A stretch of 51,277 bases of DNA from Escherichia phage tonnikala: the sequence record NC_049817.1; one strand, given 5' to 3'. Below are positions 16,923 through 24,720 of the stretch, one piece after another (the first letter of the stretch is position 1; every line of letters starts with the position of its first letter). The position numbers and the translations under genes were made by a program. Below the pieces are notes generated by a model. It ran no database searches, was not told the origin of the DNA, and worked only from the letters and a program-made list of their open reading frames with translations.

Positions 16923-17537
16923 ATGTTAAAACTTGCTGACATTAAATTCCCGATCACTTTCGAATCTCGTGGCGTTGGTCATTACATTTTTACCGATGAG
17001 AAAACATGCCATAACGTTTGGTTGCACAGCGATAAGCCAAGCCCATCAACAATGGAGATTCAGCACTTCATTGATGCGCATAATCAGCACTACAACTCAA
17101 TCCGTGACTACGGCTACGCAATGCCAGGCTACACATGCTTGCACTACAAGCCATATAAGGGCCAGGTGTTACCAGTGCGCTCGCCGGAACGCGCAGAGAT
17201 TCCGATGGTCCACATGAAAACCTGCGACTACAAAAAGCTGTGGTGCTTAAACGTGGACAATATCAAGTATCCGATCACGTTCCGCTCCGCTGGTAATTCA
17301 ACGATTCGCTACACATCGCGCGACAATGGCGTTTATAGCAATGGTCAGAAATCAGGGTTTAAGGTGGATTTCTTTGTTAATGGTCATAATAAATACAATC
17401 CGCACAATGAAAAGATAAGATTTACTATGTGGAAGACATTACAAAACACTTATTTGGAGAAACACCATTCGGCGGCGGAAAGACGTCAATTCAAAAAATC
17501 ATTGGCGAGGAGATCCACAAAGCGGCTGCCGAAATGA
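16923..17537 (+). CDS. hypothetical protein with internal tandem-duplicated domain
   Basis: 204 aa; two related segments (IKFPITFESRGVGHY... and IKYPITFRSAGNSTI...); C-terminus overlaps next ORF. Confidence 0.45.
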   Translation: MLKLADIKFPITFESRGVGHYIFTDEKTCHNVWLHSDKPSPSTMEIQHFIDAHNQHYNSIRDYGYAMPGYTCLHYKPYKGQVLPVRSPERAEIPMVHMKTCDYKKLWCLNVDNIKYPITFRSAGNSTIRYTSRDNGVYSNGQKSGFKVDFFVNGHNKYNPHNEKIRFTMWKTLQNTYLEKHHSAAERRQFKKSLARRSTKRLPK

Positions 17538-17815
17538 AAGCGCCTGGAGGATGGCGTATTGATAAGAGCGCCTTTGCAAATCAAGAAATCGTAACGAAGG
17601 GCGCGATTGAAGATATGCCAGTTGCAGCTACTCTAAAAGGAGTCCGGCTTGATGACGGCACCTGGTTTGAAGTAACGGCTACACCAAAGACGATCGAGAT
17701 TCATGATGACGTTGTTATTCTTCTGCTTCACTACGGCGGCTATAAAAACCGGACGGTTGCAGGTGAGATCAGCATCAAGCGCGGAACGATGGTTAAGTGG
17801 AAGGTGAAGATTTGA
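17429..17815 (+). CDS. hypothetical protein (GTG start in track; overlaps previous ORF by about 108 nt)
   Basis: 128 aa ORF in another frame; true start uncertain, possible frameshift relationship with upstream ORF. Confidence 0.35.
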   Translation: MEDITKHLFGETPFGGGKTSIQKIIGEEIHKAAAEMKAPGGWRIDKSAFANQEIVTKGAIEDMPVAATLKGVRLDDGTWFEVTATPKTIEIHDDVVILLLHYGGYKNRTVAGEISIKRGTMVKWKVKI

Positions 17816-17891
17816 GTTTGTTCACTGCGGCGCACGTCGCCGCATGGATCGGATTGTTTGCCTACCTGTTTAGCTTTTATTGAGGTGAGAG

Positions 17892-18044
17892 ATGGCTACC
17901 TGGATTTTGCTGATTCTTATGATTGATGGCGGCGTTGACCATATCGAAATGAATAGCCAGCAATCTTGCATTGAGGCACGAGAGCAGATCAAGAACAACA
18001 ACAGGTTTTATGCGTACACTCACACGCTATGTATTAAGAAATAG
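17892..18044 (+). CDS. hypothetical small protein (50 aa, below track cutoff)
   Basis: ATG after GAGGTGAGAG; hydrophobic N-terminus MATWILLILMIDGG; stop TAG is part of the next motif copy. Confidence 0.3.
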   Translation: MATWILLILMIDGGVDHIEMNSQQSCIEAREQIKNNNRFYAYTHTLCIKK

Positions 18045-18060
18045 CACTTTTTGTTAAAAC
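18042..18060 (+). promoter_or_regulatory. conserved intergenic motif copy
   Basis: Followed 17 nt downstream by TATAAT inside a GGCCAGG...GGCCC inverted repeat. Confidence 0.45.
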
Positions 18061-18113
18061 TCAAATGTTGGGCCAGGTATAATGGCCCTGCTTTCAACGA
18101 AGGAGATAAAACG

Positions 18114-18551
18114 ATGTACATTAAAAAGAAGATGAAATGCGTTTCCGTTAACTATGCTTGCTCTGGCATGTTCAAGCCTGGCGAAATCTATACGGCGCAA
18201 AAACTGAAAACATCAACCGGATCTTTTTACGTGAGCAATAGTAAGGGGCATCGCATGTTCCTGAACGGCGGCGAAGGCACTAAGGTTATGGCACACGCTA
18301 TGGTAATGGCTGAATTTGAGGAAGTGAAAGATGAAAACAATAAGCGCGTCAAGCACAGGTTTACTGATAACCACGGCGACGCGATTGATGTATACAAGTT
18401 CGGCGATCGCGTGTTTATTGATGGCACGTTTGAATGTGGGCGTAGGCCGGATTTTAGGTCGATACTTACCGTTGACCAAGTGCGCAAGCTGGCAGATAAG
18501 TTAAATGATCTGGCAGATGAAATAGAATACAAACAAATCCATTTTAATTGA
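18114..18551 (+). CDS. hypothetical protein
   Basis: Start set at MYIKKKMK with AGGAG RBS; 145 aa. Confidence 0.5.
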   Translation: MYIKKKMKCVSVNYACSGMFKPGEIYTAQKLKTSTGSFYVSNSKGHRMFLNGGEGTKVMAHAMVMAEFEEVKDENNKRVKHRFTDNHGDAIDVYKFGDRVFIDGTFECGRRPDFRSILTVDQVRKLADKLNDLADEIEYKQIHFN

Positions 18552-18562
18552 TAGGTTTGATA

Positions 18563-19273
18563 ATGAAAAAATACACTTTCGAACTGTGGGGCAAGAAGTA
18601 CGAATTAATCACCAGCAAGCCGATTGTTATCGTTGACCTGGACGGAACACTATCGGACGGATCGCATCGTTTGCATTTGCTGCCAACTGAAAACTTGCAC
18701 CTTACGGAATCGTGGCGCGAGTTTAACAGGGCCGCCGCCGGAGATTCACCGATTAAAAGCACTATCGCGGTTATTAACGGTTTATGGGTGTCGGGATTTG
18801 CCATCGTCATCTTGACCGGACGCAGCGACGAGGTTCGCTATGAAACCTGCAAATGGTTGAATGAGAACGGCGTGAAGTTTGACGAAATCATCATGCGCCG
18901 CCAGGAGGACAACCGAAAGGATACGGTTATTAAAGAAGAAGCCTTGCGCGCTATTGGCCTGGACAACATTGTTTGCGCCTTTGACGATTCGCCGAACGTG
19001 GTTAAGCACTTCCGCAGCTTGGGGATCACAACCTATCAGGTCACGGAATACGACAAGCCACACGCTCACATACAATCTCACGGCGTGGAATCAATAAAGA
19101 TCACGAAGCGCGCCCTATTCGTCGGCAGCAAAGACAGCCTGGTCAATGCCAGCTTTATCAAAGGCAAGGTTTATGATGTTCATAGCCATGATAAAAACCG
19201 ATTCTTTTTGTGGGATGAAAAAGGTTTTGGCTGGTGCTTTGAACACGACGACGGCGATTTTGTTAATGCGTAA
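18563..19273 (+). CDS. HAD-superfamily phosphatase, polynucleotide 3'-phosphatase-like
   Basis: HAD motif I VIVDLDGTLSD, motif II ILTGRSD, motif III K...AFDDS; extra C-terminal domain of about 70 aa. Confidence 0.6.
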   Translation: MKKYTFELWGKKYELITSKPIVIVDLDGTLSDGSHRLHLLPTENLHLTESWREFNRAAAGDSPIKSTIAVINGLWVSGFAIVILTGRSDEVRYETCKWLNENGVKFDEIIMRRQEDNRKDTVIKEEALRAIGLDNIVCAFDDSPNVVKHFRSLGITTYQVTEYDKPHAHIQSHGVESIKITKRALFVGSKDSLVNASFIKGKVYDVHSHDKNRFFLWDEKGFGWCFEHDDGDFVNA

Positions 19274-19292
19274 TAGCACTTTTTGTTAAAAC
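19274..19292 (+). promoter_or_regulatory. conserved intergenic motif copy
   Basis: Directly after TAA stop; TATAGT 18 nt downstream within a GGGCTTGCGG...AAGCCC hairpin. Confidence 0.45.
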
Positions 19293-19347
19293 ATCTCAAC
19301 GGGCTTGCGGTATAGTAAGCCCATCAACAACAAACGAGGATTAAATC

Positions 19348-19611
19348 ATGGCTAACAAGATCGAATTTTTTAAAGCGGTAGACATTATCGACGGCGCGCC
19401 TAGCTTCTTCGCTATCCATTCTATTGACGGCAAGGATATTGGGTACAACGTTATCCGTCGAGATGGAATATCAAAACTTAGTGACCTGGTAGGCCATATT
19501 GTGTCAATCGGGAAATGCGCATGGCCCGATTCGCCACGAGAGCCGCGCCGCCGCGACATGATTAATCCTGAATTGCTTTACACGCTGGTAGTAGAGGGAG
19601 AAAATAAATGA
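19348..19611 (+). CDS. hypothetical protein
   Basis: 87 aa; RBS-like GAGGA upstream. Confidence 0.45.
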   Translation: MANKIEFFKAVDIIDGAPSFFAIHSIDGKDIGYNVIRRDGISKLSDLVGHIVSIGKCAWPDSPREPRRRDMINPELLYTLVVEGENK

Positions 19612-19793
19612 TTTGGTTACTTGCTTTTTTGGTTGTTTTTCTTTACATTTCAGGCTTGTTTACGTTCCGCGCGTTGGTGAAATATTCCGACACGACAGAC
19701 AAAGACGACAAAATCGTTCTCGCTTTCTGGTTTGTTTGGGTGTGGTTAGCAATTTACGAGATCATCAGAGACAAACAGAAATTTGAGTGGTGA
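19608..19793 (+). CDS. small membrane protein (two predicted TM helices)
   Basis: 61 aa; hydrophobic stretches WLLAFLVVFLYISGLF and LAFWFVWVWLAIY; ATGA overlap with upstream gene. Confidence 0.45.
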   Translation: MIWLLAFLVVFLYISGLFTFRALVKYSDTTDKDDKIVLAFWFVWVWLAIYEIIRDKQKFEW

Positions 19794-19851
19794 TTCTTGC
19801 TATGGCGCATTCATGCAGTGCGCCATGTTGAGAAAACCTAAAGGGGGAAAT

Positions 19852-19995
19852 GATGCGTAACTTTGAAAAAATCATTACCAAAAAGAAGCGTCGCGGGTAC
19901 GATGAGCATGTGGAGTTTGTGAACAAGCAGCGCAAGAAGCGCCATAGACGCGAAATGCTGCATAATATCAACTCACGCTATGGAGGAAACTAAAT
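19852..19995 (+). CDS. hypothetical small basic protein (47 aa, below track cutoff)
   Basis: ATG after AAGGGGGA; translation MMRNFEKIITKKKRRGY...; stop abuts next ATG. Confidence 0.3.
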
Positions 19996-20185
19996 GCAAT
20001 TGCCACCATTTAACGAAAAAAGCGAAGAGATTGCCAAAACTGCATGTCACCTTCGAGAGCTTGCCGACATGATAGAGCGCGGTCAGGTTATGATTGTCAA
20101 TATGACGATCAAAAGCGAGAATAGAAATTTCAAGGTTTTAAGCGAGACAACAGAAATTACCGTCTTGAAAGCAAGGGGAGAGTAA
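19994..20185 (+). CDS. hypothetical protein
   Basis: 63 aa with GGAGG RBS. Confidence 0.45.
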   Translation: MQLPPFNEKSEEIAKTACHLRELADMIERGQVMIVNMTIKSENRNFKVLSETTEITVLKARGE

Positions 20186-20187
20186 TC

Positions 20188-20778
20188 ATGAAACGAGACA
20201 TTATCATCCTTAATGGGCCTCCAGGTTGCGGGAAGGACACTATTGCAGCTTACCTAACAGGCCATCGTTACCCAGCGGTCAAGGCGTCATTCAAACAGCC
20301 GATGTTCGATATTGCGTTTTCCATGCTGGGCGTGTACCGATACGATGAATTTATGGACCTGTACAACGACCGAGAACAAAAAGAAAAGCCTCAAGTTATT
20401 TTGGGCGGCAAGTCACCTCGACAATTCATGATCTGGATTAGCGAGGATGTAATGAAGCCAGTTTTTGGAGATCACTATTTCGGGCGTCGAATGGTTGAAG
20501 AGATTCACGAGATGTACCGAGATTTGGCGGTTGTGATCAGTGATGGCGGATTCCCCGAAGAAATCAAGCCGCTCGTTAAGGCTGGGCATGAGTTGCATAT
20601 TTGCCGATTGCATCGCGACGGATTCACGTTTGCTGGCGATTCGAGAGACTATATTGACCTGAGCGGTTATCACTATCGAATCCATCACTATGATTTCCAC
20701 TTGCAGGACGGCAAGCCTGAACTGGCTGTAAACGAGATCGTCAATGCAGTCAAATGGAAGCACACACAGATTAAATAG
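20188..20778 (+). CDS. P-loop nucleotide kinase, deoxynucleoside monophosphate kinase-like
   Basis: Walker A ILNGPPGCGKDT at N-terminus; overall layout resembles phage dNMP kinases. Confidence 0.55.
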   Translation: MKRDIIILNGPPGCGKDTIAAYLTGHRYPAVKASFKQPMFDIAFSMLGVYRYDEFMDLYNDREQKEKPQVILGGKSPRQFMIWISEDVMKPVFGDHYFGRRMVEEIHEMYRDLAVVISDGGFPEEIKPLVKAGHELHICRLHRDGFTFAGDSRDYIDLSGYHYRIHHYDFHLQDGKPELAVNEIVNAVKWKHTQIK

Positions 20779-20794
20779 CACGAATTGCTAAACG
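20776..20794 (+). promoter_or_regulatory. conserved motif variant (TAGCACGAATTGCTAAACG)
   Basis: TAG is the kinase stop codon; hairpin GCGGGG...CCCCGC then TATAAT. Confidence 0.4.
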
Positions 20795-20848
20795 CGGGGT
20801 TATCGGCCCCGCTATAATGCGCGCATCAACAAGTAAGAGGAAATCACA

Positions 20849-21229
20849 ATGGTTAACATCCGAAAAATCCGCGTCGGCACTAAATTCTTAGTTACTTACG
20901 CAATTCCAGATAGCGGAATGAAGAAGGGCCAGATTGTTAAGGTTGATAGCAAAAGATTCGGAATCCCTGGTATCAATGGCTATCTAATCAATAGAGATCT
21001 TGGATTCGACGGCTTCGCTATCCGTGCGCTTGAGGGTATTGTTGCCACTCTTAAACGAATCACTAATCATCGCGGATGCCCAATCAAGACGATTAAAGCG
21101 CCAATAAATTACGGCAAACTGGATAATCGTCGAATCCGCCGCTTGGCGCGTAACGCGTTAAAATTCCGTGGCGTAGGCGATGATTTCTACTATGGATACA
21201 AGAGGATTGCGCGCAATGCTGGGAAATAA
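20849..21229 (+). CDS. hypothetical basic protein
   Basis: 126 aa with AAGAGGAAA RBS. Confidence 0.5.
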   Translation: MVNIRKIRVGTKFLVTYAIPDSGMKKGQIVKVDSKRFGIPGINGYLINRDLGFDGFAIRALEGIVATLKRITNHRGCPIKTIKAPINYGKLDNRRIRRLARNALKFRGVGDDFYYGYKRIARNAGK

Positions 21230-21328
21230 CAATAACGCAACGAATCCTAAGCCACCTTTTGATTTTCATTACGCAATGATTGCGGTATTATCAATGCTAC
21301 TTTTTCTTTATAGCATGAGGGCGCTACT

Positions 21329-21577
21329 ATGGTTTTTAACGCATTGAAACGACTGTTTAAGCCGGAATACCGGATCGTATTTTGCCGCGACTGTTCTACT
21401 TATCATGTGCAGCGACGCAGCTTAGGCGGCAATTGGCACTATGTTACAGACGACTTTTTCTGCATCATTGCCACTGAATTTAAGTATTACAGTGATGCTT
21501 ATATGTACGTCAAGAAGCGCCACCGCTTACGCAAGTGTCGTTTTTCCGTACTGATTCACGTTAATGATTGTTACTGA
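21329..21577 (+). CDS. hypothetical Cys-rich small protein
   Basis: 82 aa with CRDC...C...C pattern, possible zinc ribbon. Confidence 0.4.
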   Translation: MVFNALKRLFKPEYRIVFCRDCSTYHVQRRSLGGNWHYVTDDFFCIIATEFKYYSDAYMYVKKRHRLRKCRFSVLIHVNDCY

Positions 21578-21584
21578 GGTGAAA

Positions 21585-21767
21585 ATGAAAACTGGTATTA
21601 TTATTCTTTTCCTGATCCTTTTCGGTAGCCATTTAACAATTAACTATGAGGGTATTATGGCCTTTTGGGGCAACTTGATGATTTTTGCCGCTGGTTCAAT
21701 TACTGGCTACTCTGACGGGAAAAAGGACGGCGTTCGCAAGATGCTGATGGGACTTAAACAAAAATAA
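21585..21767 (+). CDS. small membrane protein
   Basis: Start set at MKTGII with GAGGTGAAA RBS; two hydrophobic helices. Confidence 0.45.
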   Translation: MKTGIIILFLILFGSHLTINYEGIMAFWGNLMIFAAGSITGYSDGKKDGVRKMLMGLKQK

Positions 21768-21778
21768 GGGGATCTGAA

Positions 21779-22069
21779 ATGGCAAACAAAACTTACCGCA
21801 AACTACTGGTTAACGCTTTTGAAAACATCGCGCAGTCTAACAAGTGGAACGACTCTAAACACTCGCCAGTCACAATGAAGCGCGCCGGATTCAAAAATGC
21901 TCGTTCATGGGCGCGAGCTTTCGCAGCTTGCTATATGCCGGATGGTGGGCTAGGAACGATGAACGATTTTTTGATCAACATGATAGAGGAAGCGGCGCGA
22001 GAGGATCGACCGCTGACACAGCGAGATTTTGACGACTTCGCGCGCGATGAGCTTTACTATCTGAGCTAA
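21779..22069 (+). CDS. hypothetical protein
   Basis: 96 aa. Confidence 0.45.
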   Translation: MANKTYRKLLVNAFENIAQSNKWNDSKHSPVTMKRAGFKNARSWARAFAACYMPDGGLGTMNDFLINMIEEAAREDRPLTQRDFDDFARDELYYLS

Positions 22070-22088
22070 TAGCACTTTTTGTTAAAAC
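22070..22088 (+). promoter_or_regulatory. conserved intergenic motif copy
   Basis: Directly after TAA stop; GGGCATTTGATAAAGTGCCC hairpin with -10-like box downstream. Confidence 0.45.
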
Positions 22089-22143
22089 TTCCGCAAGGGC
22101 ATTTGATAAAGTGCCCTATTGAAGCGAAACAGAGGAAAGCGCA

Positions 22144-22356
22144 ATGAAAATCAAAATCACCAAAATCGACACCATCAACGGCGACGGATCAATCACTCTT
22201 GAGCAATGCGGTTTGGTTGTTGGTGATGTGCTGGAGGTTGACGGTCATTTCAGCGACGGATCTTATTGTGTTATTGCGCCGCGTAACAGCGAGTTTATCA
22301 AGGCTGGCGACAATATTAGTGTTAACCATGACGAATGCGAGGTAGTAGAAGAATGA
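22144..22356 (+). CDS. hypothetical acidic small protein
   Basis: 70 aa, net negative charge by inspection. Confidence 0.45.
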   Translation: MKIKITKIDTINGDGSITLEQCGLVVGDVLEVDGHFSDGSYCVIAPRNSEFIKAGDNISVNHDECEVVEE

Positions 22357-22616
22357 TCACGATTAACCTGTCAGAGCAGCAAGCGCGCATTATGTTAGCG
22401 GCCTTTGGCTGGCGAGATGATGACGGCATCCAGGCAACGGTTAAAATTCCTGAGCCAGTGGCGCGTGAAGTTTTCAGCCAGCTAGAACACGCATTTGATC
22501 CTGCTGGGACTGAGCAAGCGGAAACTGCCGCATGGTTCGGAGAGAACGGATACAGAGATCAGCAAGTCGAAAACTGGAAGCGCATAAACGAGACTATGGA
22601 GGAATCAGGTTTATGA
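22353..22616 (+). CDS. hypothetical acidic protein
   Basis: Start set at ATG overlapping upstream stop (ATGA) with GAGG RBS; acidic. Confidence 0.45.
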   Translation: MITINLSEQQARIMLAAFGWRDDDGIQATVKIPEPVAREVFSQLEHAFDPAGTEQAETAAWFGENGYRDQQVENWKRINETMEESGL

Positions 22617-22927
22617 TTTACATTCACTACTACCAAATCGGAACTAACGAGAACAAAAAAGAGCATCGTTTCATCCACGATGATTTTGACAAGGCAAAGG
22701 CCCAGCAACAGGTTTTAGGCGGAGTCATTCAGGCTTTTGAGCCTGTGGAAGATATTGAGTACCGCGAGCATTTAAAAGATGTTGTTATTGATGAGATCTC
22801 TTGCTTGATTGATGATATGACAAATCACGGCCCTGGTTCCCCGTGGGAAGATGCAGGATCTGTAACGTGGGATAAGGCCAAAGTTAAGACGCTAAACAAC
22901 TTTCGAGAGATTCTCGACGGTTTTTAA
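22613..22927 (+). CDS. hypothetical acidic protein
   Basis: Start set at MIYIHYYQ, overlapping previous stop; acidic. Confidence 0.45.
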   Translation: MIYIHYYQIGTNENKKEHRFIHDDFDKAKAQQQVLGGVIQAFEPVEDIEYREHLKDVVIDEISCLIDDMTNHGPGSPWEDAGSVTWDKAKVKTLNNFREILDGF

Positions 22928-23125
22928 TTAAAAACGCATAGCCGTTAGAGCGCCTCAATCGCATTCTAACGAGCTATTTTTCTGGTAAGGTGATTTAATG
23001 GATGAGTACAAACAACCTTCGCAGTGGTGCAAAGAGAAGCAAGAAGAGGCACTGGAGCGCGGAGATGTGGAAGAAGCTATGAACTATTTCAAACTTGCGG
23101 AAGAGTGGAAGGGGAGAGGATACTG

Positions 23126-23356
23126 ATGTTCGGCATGAATGAGGCGCAATTCAACGCAGCTAAACGCCAGGCTAAAAAGTGCGGCGAGGCGATGAAAGCG
23201 GATGTGGAAAAGCGCGGGAAGTATGTTGATGAAGTAATGAAGGGCATCATTGCAGAACACTACCAGCCAATCGCGCCAATGTTGACGATCACTCAATTCA
23301 TTTGGCTGTGTGGTTACTTGCGCGGACGTTGGGGGAACGCTTTCGACAGGGAATGA
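23126..23356 (+). CDS. hypothetical protein
   Basis: Start set at MFGMNEAQ with GAGAGGA RBS; a possible 42-aa ORF precedes it at 22998..23126. Confidence 0.4.
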   Translation: MFGMNEAQFNAAKRQAKKCGEAMKADVEKRGKYVDEVMKGIIAEHYQPIAPMLTITQFIWLCGYLRGRWGNAFDRE

Positions 23357-23385
23357 TTGACAACTCTTTCCTGATTGGTTAGCAT
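23357..23385 (+). promoter_or_regulatory. sigma-70-like promoter candidate
   Basis: TTGACA, 17-nt spacer, TAGCAT; followed by palindrome GTGACGCGATAGTCAC at 23422-23437. Confidence 0.35.
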
Positions 23386-23517
23386 GGCGTCGTTTACATA
23401 AGAGCGGCTTAGTCCGAACGCGTGACGCGATAGTCACACAACAACGGCGATATGCAGGAGGTTTTTGCATTGCAAAATAATCCGTAAGACGTATCGCCTT
23501 TTTAATGGGGATCCAAA

Positions 23518-23751
23518 ATGATTAAATACAAATTAACCGTTTCTTTCCGTGATGCCGTTATTCATCCTTTCCTCAAGAGCTTTGTTAAATGCTTTACGGT
23601 AGAAGTTACAGAGGATCAGCTGGACGGTGACGAAACTTGCATTTCTATTGGAAATGTTGCCTACCCGATTCACAACATTACCAGCATTAAGCGTGAGGTT
23701 GTCGCTGATGAATTACAAAGTGAAGATGACGATCCGGCGAATGGGGCGTAA
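23518..23751 (+). CDS. hypothetical protein
   Basis: 77 aa. Confidence 0.45.
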   Translation: MIKYKLTVSFRDAVIHPFLKSFVKCFTVEVTEDQLDGDETCISIGNVAYPIHNITSIKREVVADELQSEDDDPANGA

Positions 23752-23893
23752 TTGCCAATCATGCAAACAGGAATATGAATGCGTAGTTGATGCTCTTGAT
23801 GAACTGGAAGCAGTAGCAAAAGCAAAAGAGCAATCGGGCGCTAATCCTGAAACACATCAATTTTCAATTAATCTTGTGAGGGCTTTACAATGA
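23744..23893 (+). CDS. hypothetical Cys-containing small protein
   Basis: Trimmed to internal ATG (MGRNCQSCKQ...); track ORF from 23627 overlaps previous gene; start uncertain. Confidence 0.3.
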   Translation, partial: GRNCQSCKQEYECVVDALDELEAVAKAKEQSGANPETHQFSINLVRALQ

Positions 23894-24114
23894 TCGCATT
23901 ATCTTTCTGCATTGGTTTTATCATGGCTATCATTATCTTTTCCGTTGTCATGCGCTTTGCTTATAAGTTCGTGATTAATAAAGGTTGGTACGCTTCTGCC
24001 ATCTGGAGCGAAAAACAAAAGAAATGGCTTGTTCGTGGTCAATACCTGACAATCGGTAGCAAGATCCTTAATTCCATTCGAGCCAAAGATGGAAAAGTAA
24101 AATACACAGCTTAA
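23890..24114 (+). CDS. small membrane protein
   Basis: 74 aa; N-terminal transmembrane helix (LSFCIGFIMAIIIFSVVM). Confidence 0.45.
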   Translation: MIALSFCIGFIMAIIIFSVVMRFAYKFVINKGWYASAIWSEKQKKWLVRGQYLTIGSKILNSIRAKDGKVKYTA

Positions 24115-24120
24115 AAATCA

Positions 24121-24145
24121 CCCGCCGAACGGCGGGTTTTTTATT
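24121..24145 (+). terminator. rho-independent terminator
   Basis: CCCGCCG-AAC-GGCGGG hairpin followed by TTTTTT. Confidence 0.6.
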
Positions 24146-24155
24146 GCCCGTTGTC

Positions 24156-24164
24156 TGGTATAAT
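24156..24164 (+). promoter_or_regulatory. extended -10 promoter candidate upstream of packaging genes
   Basis: TGGTATAAT matches TGnTATAAT; about 30 nt upstream of the terminase small subunit start. Confidence 0.35.
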
Positions 24165-24192
24165 CAGGCATCTAACAAAAGGAGGATTAACA

Positions 24193-24720
24193 ATGGCTAA
24201 AAATGTTGAGCCTGCTGTAAAGGCATTAAATTTCAAAGAGTTATATAATAAAACCTATGGCGATATTGTTACGCTAAACAACCGCCACAAGTACACGCCG
24301 GAACAGGTTTTTGATATGGCGATCCGCTATTTCACTTGGGCCGAAGAGAATCACATCCAGGCGGCTGAAACTGCCTCCTTTCAGGGTGACGTGTACGAGA
24401 GCAGGGTTTACAAGCCTCGCGTTTTCACGGTAAACGGATTCAGCTTGTATCTCGGCGTTACTGAGGCGGCTGTAAGCAAGTGGCGTAAAGAGCCTGGATT
24501 CTGCGATGTGATGGAGTTTGTTGATAAAGTAATTTACGAGCAAAAATTCCAGCTTGCGGCAAACAACATGATTAACGCTGGATTTATCGGTAAAGAGATC
24601 GGAGTAGAGAAGCCAGCAACAGTGAGCGTTGAAGCGAGCGCGGCAGCTAATGCAAGCATTGACGCAGTAACTGCCGATGAGGTGAAAGAGGCTGTGATTG
24701 ATATTCTGGAGCAACTTTAA
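24193..24720 (+). CDS. terminase small subunit
   Basis: Start at MAKNVEP with AAGGAGG RBS; immediately upstream of and overlapping the large terminase. Confidence 0.6.
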   Translation: MAKNVEPAVKALNFKELYNKTYGDIVTLNNRHKYTPEQVFDMAIRYFTWAEENHIQAAETASFQGDVYESRVYKPRVFTVNGFSLYLGVTEAAVSKWRKEPGFCDVMEFVDKVIYEQKFQLAANNMINAGFIGKEIGVEKPATVSVEASAAANASIDAVTADEVKEAVIDILEQL

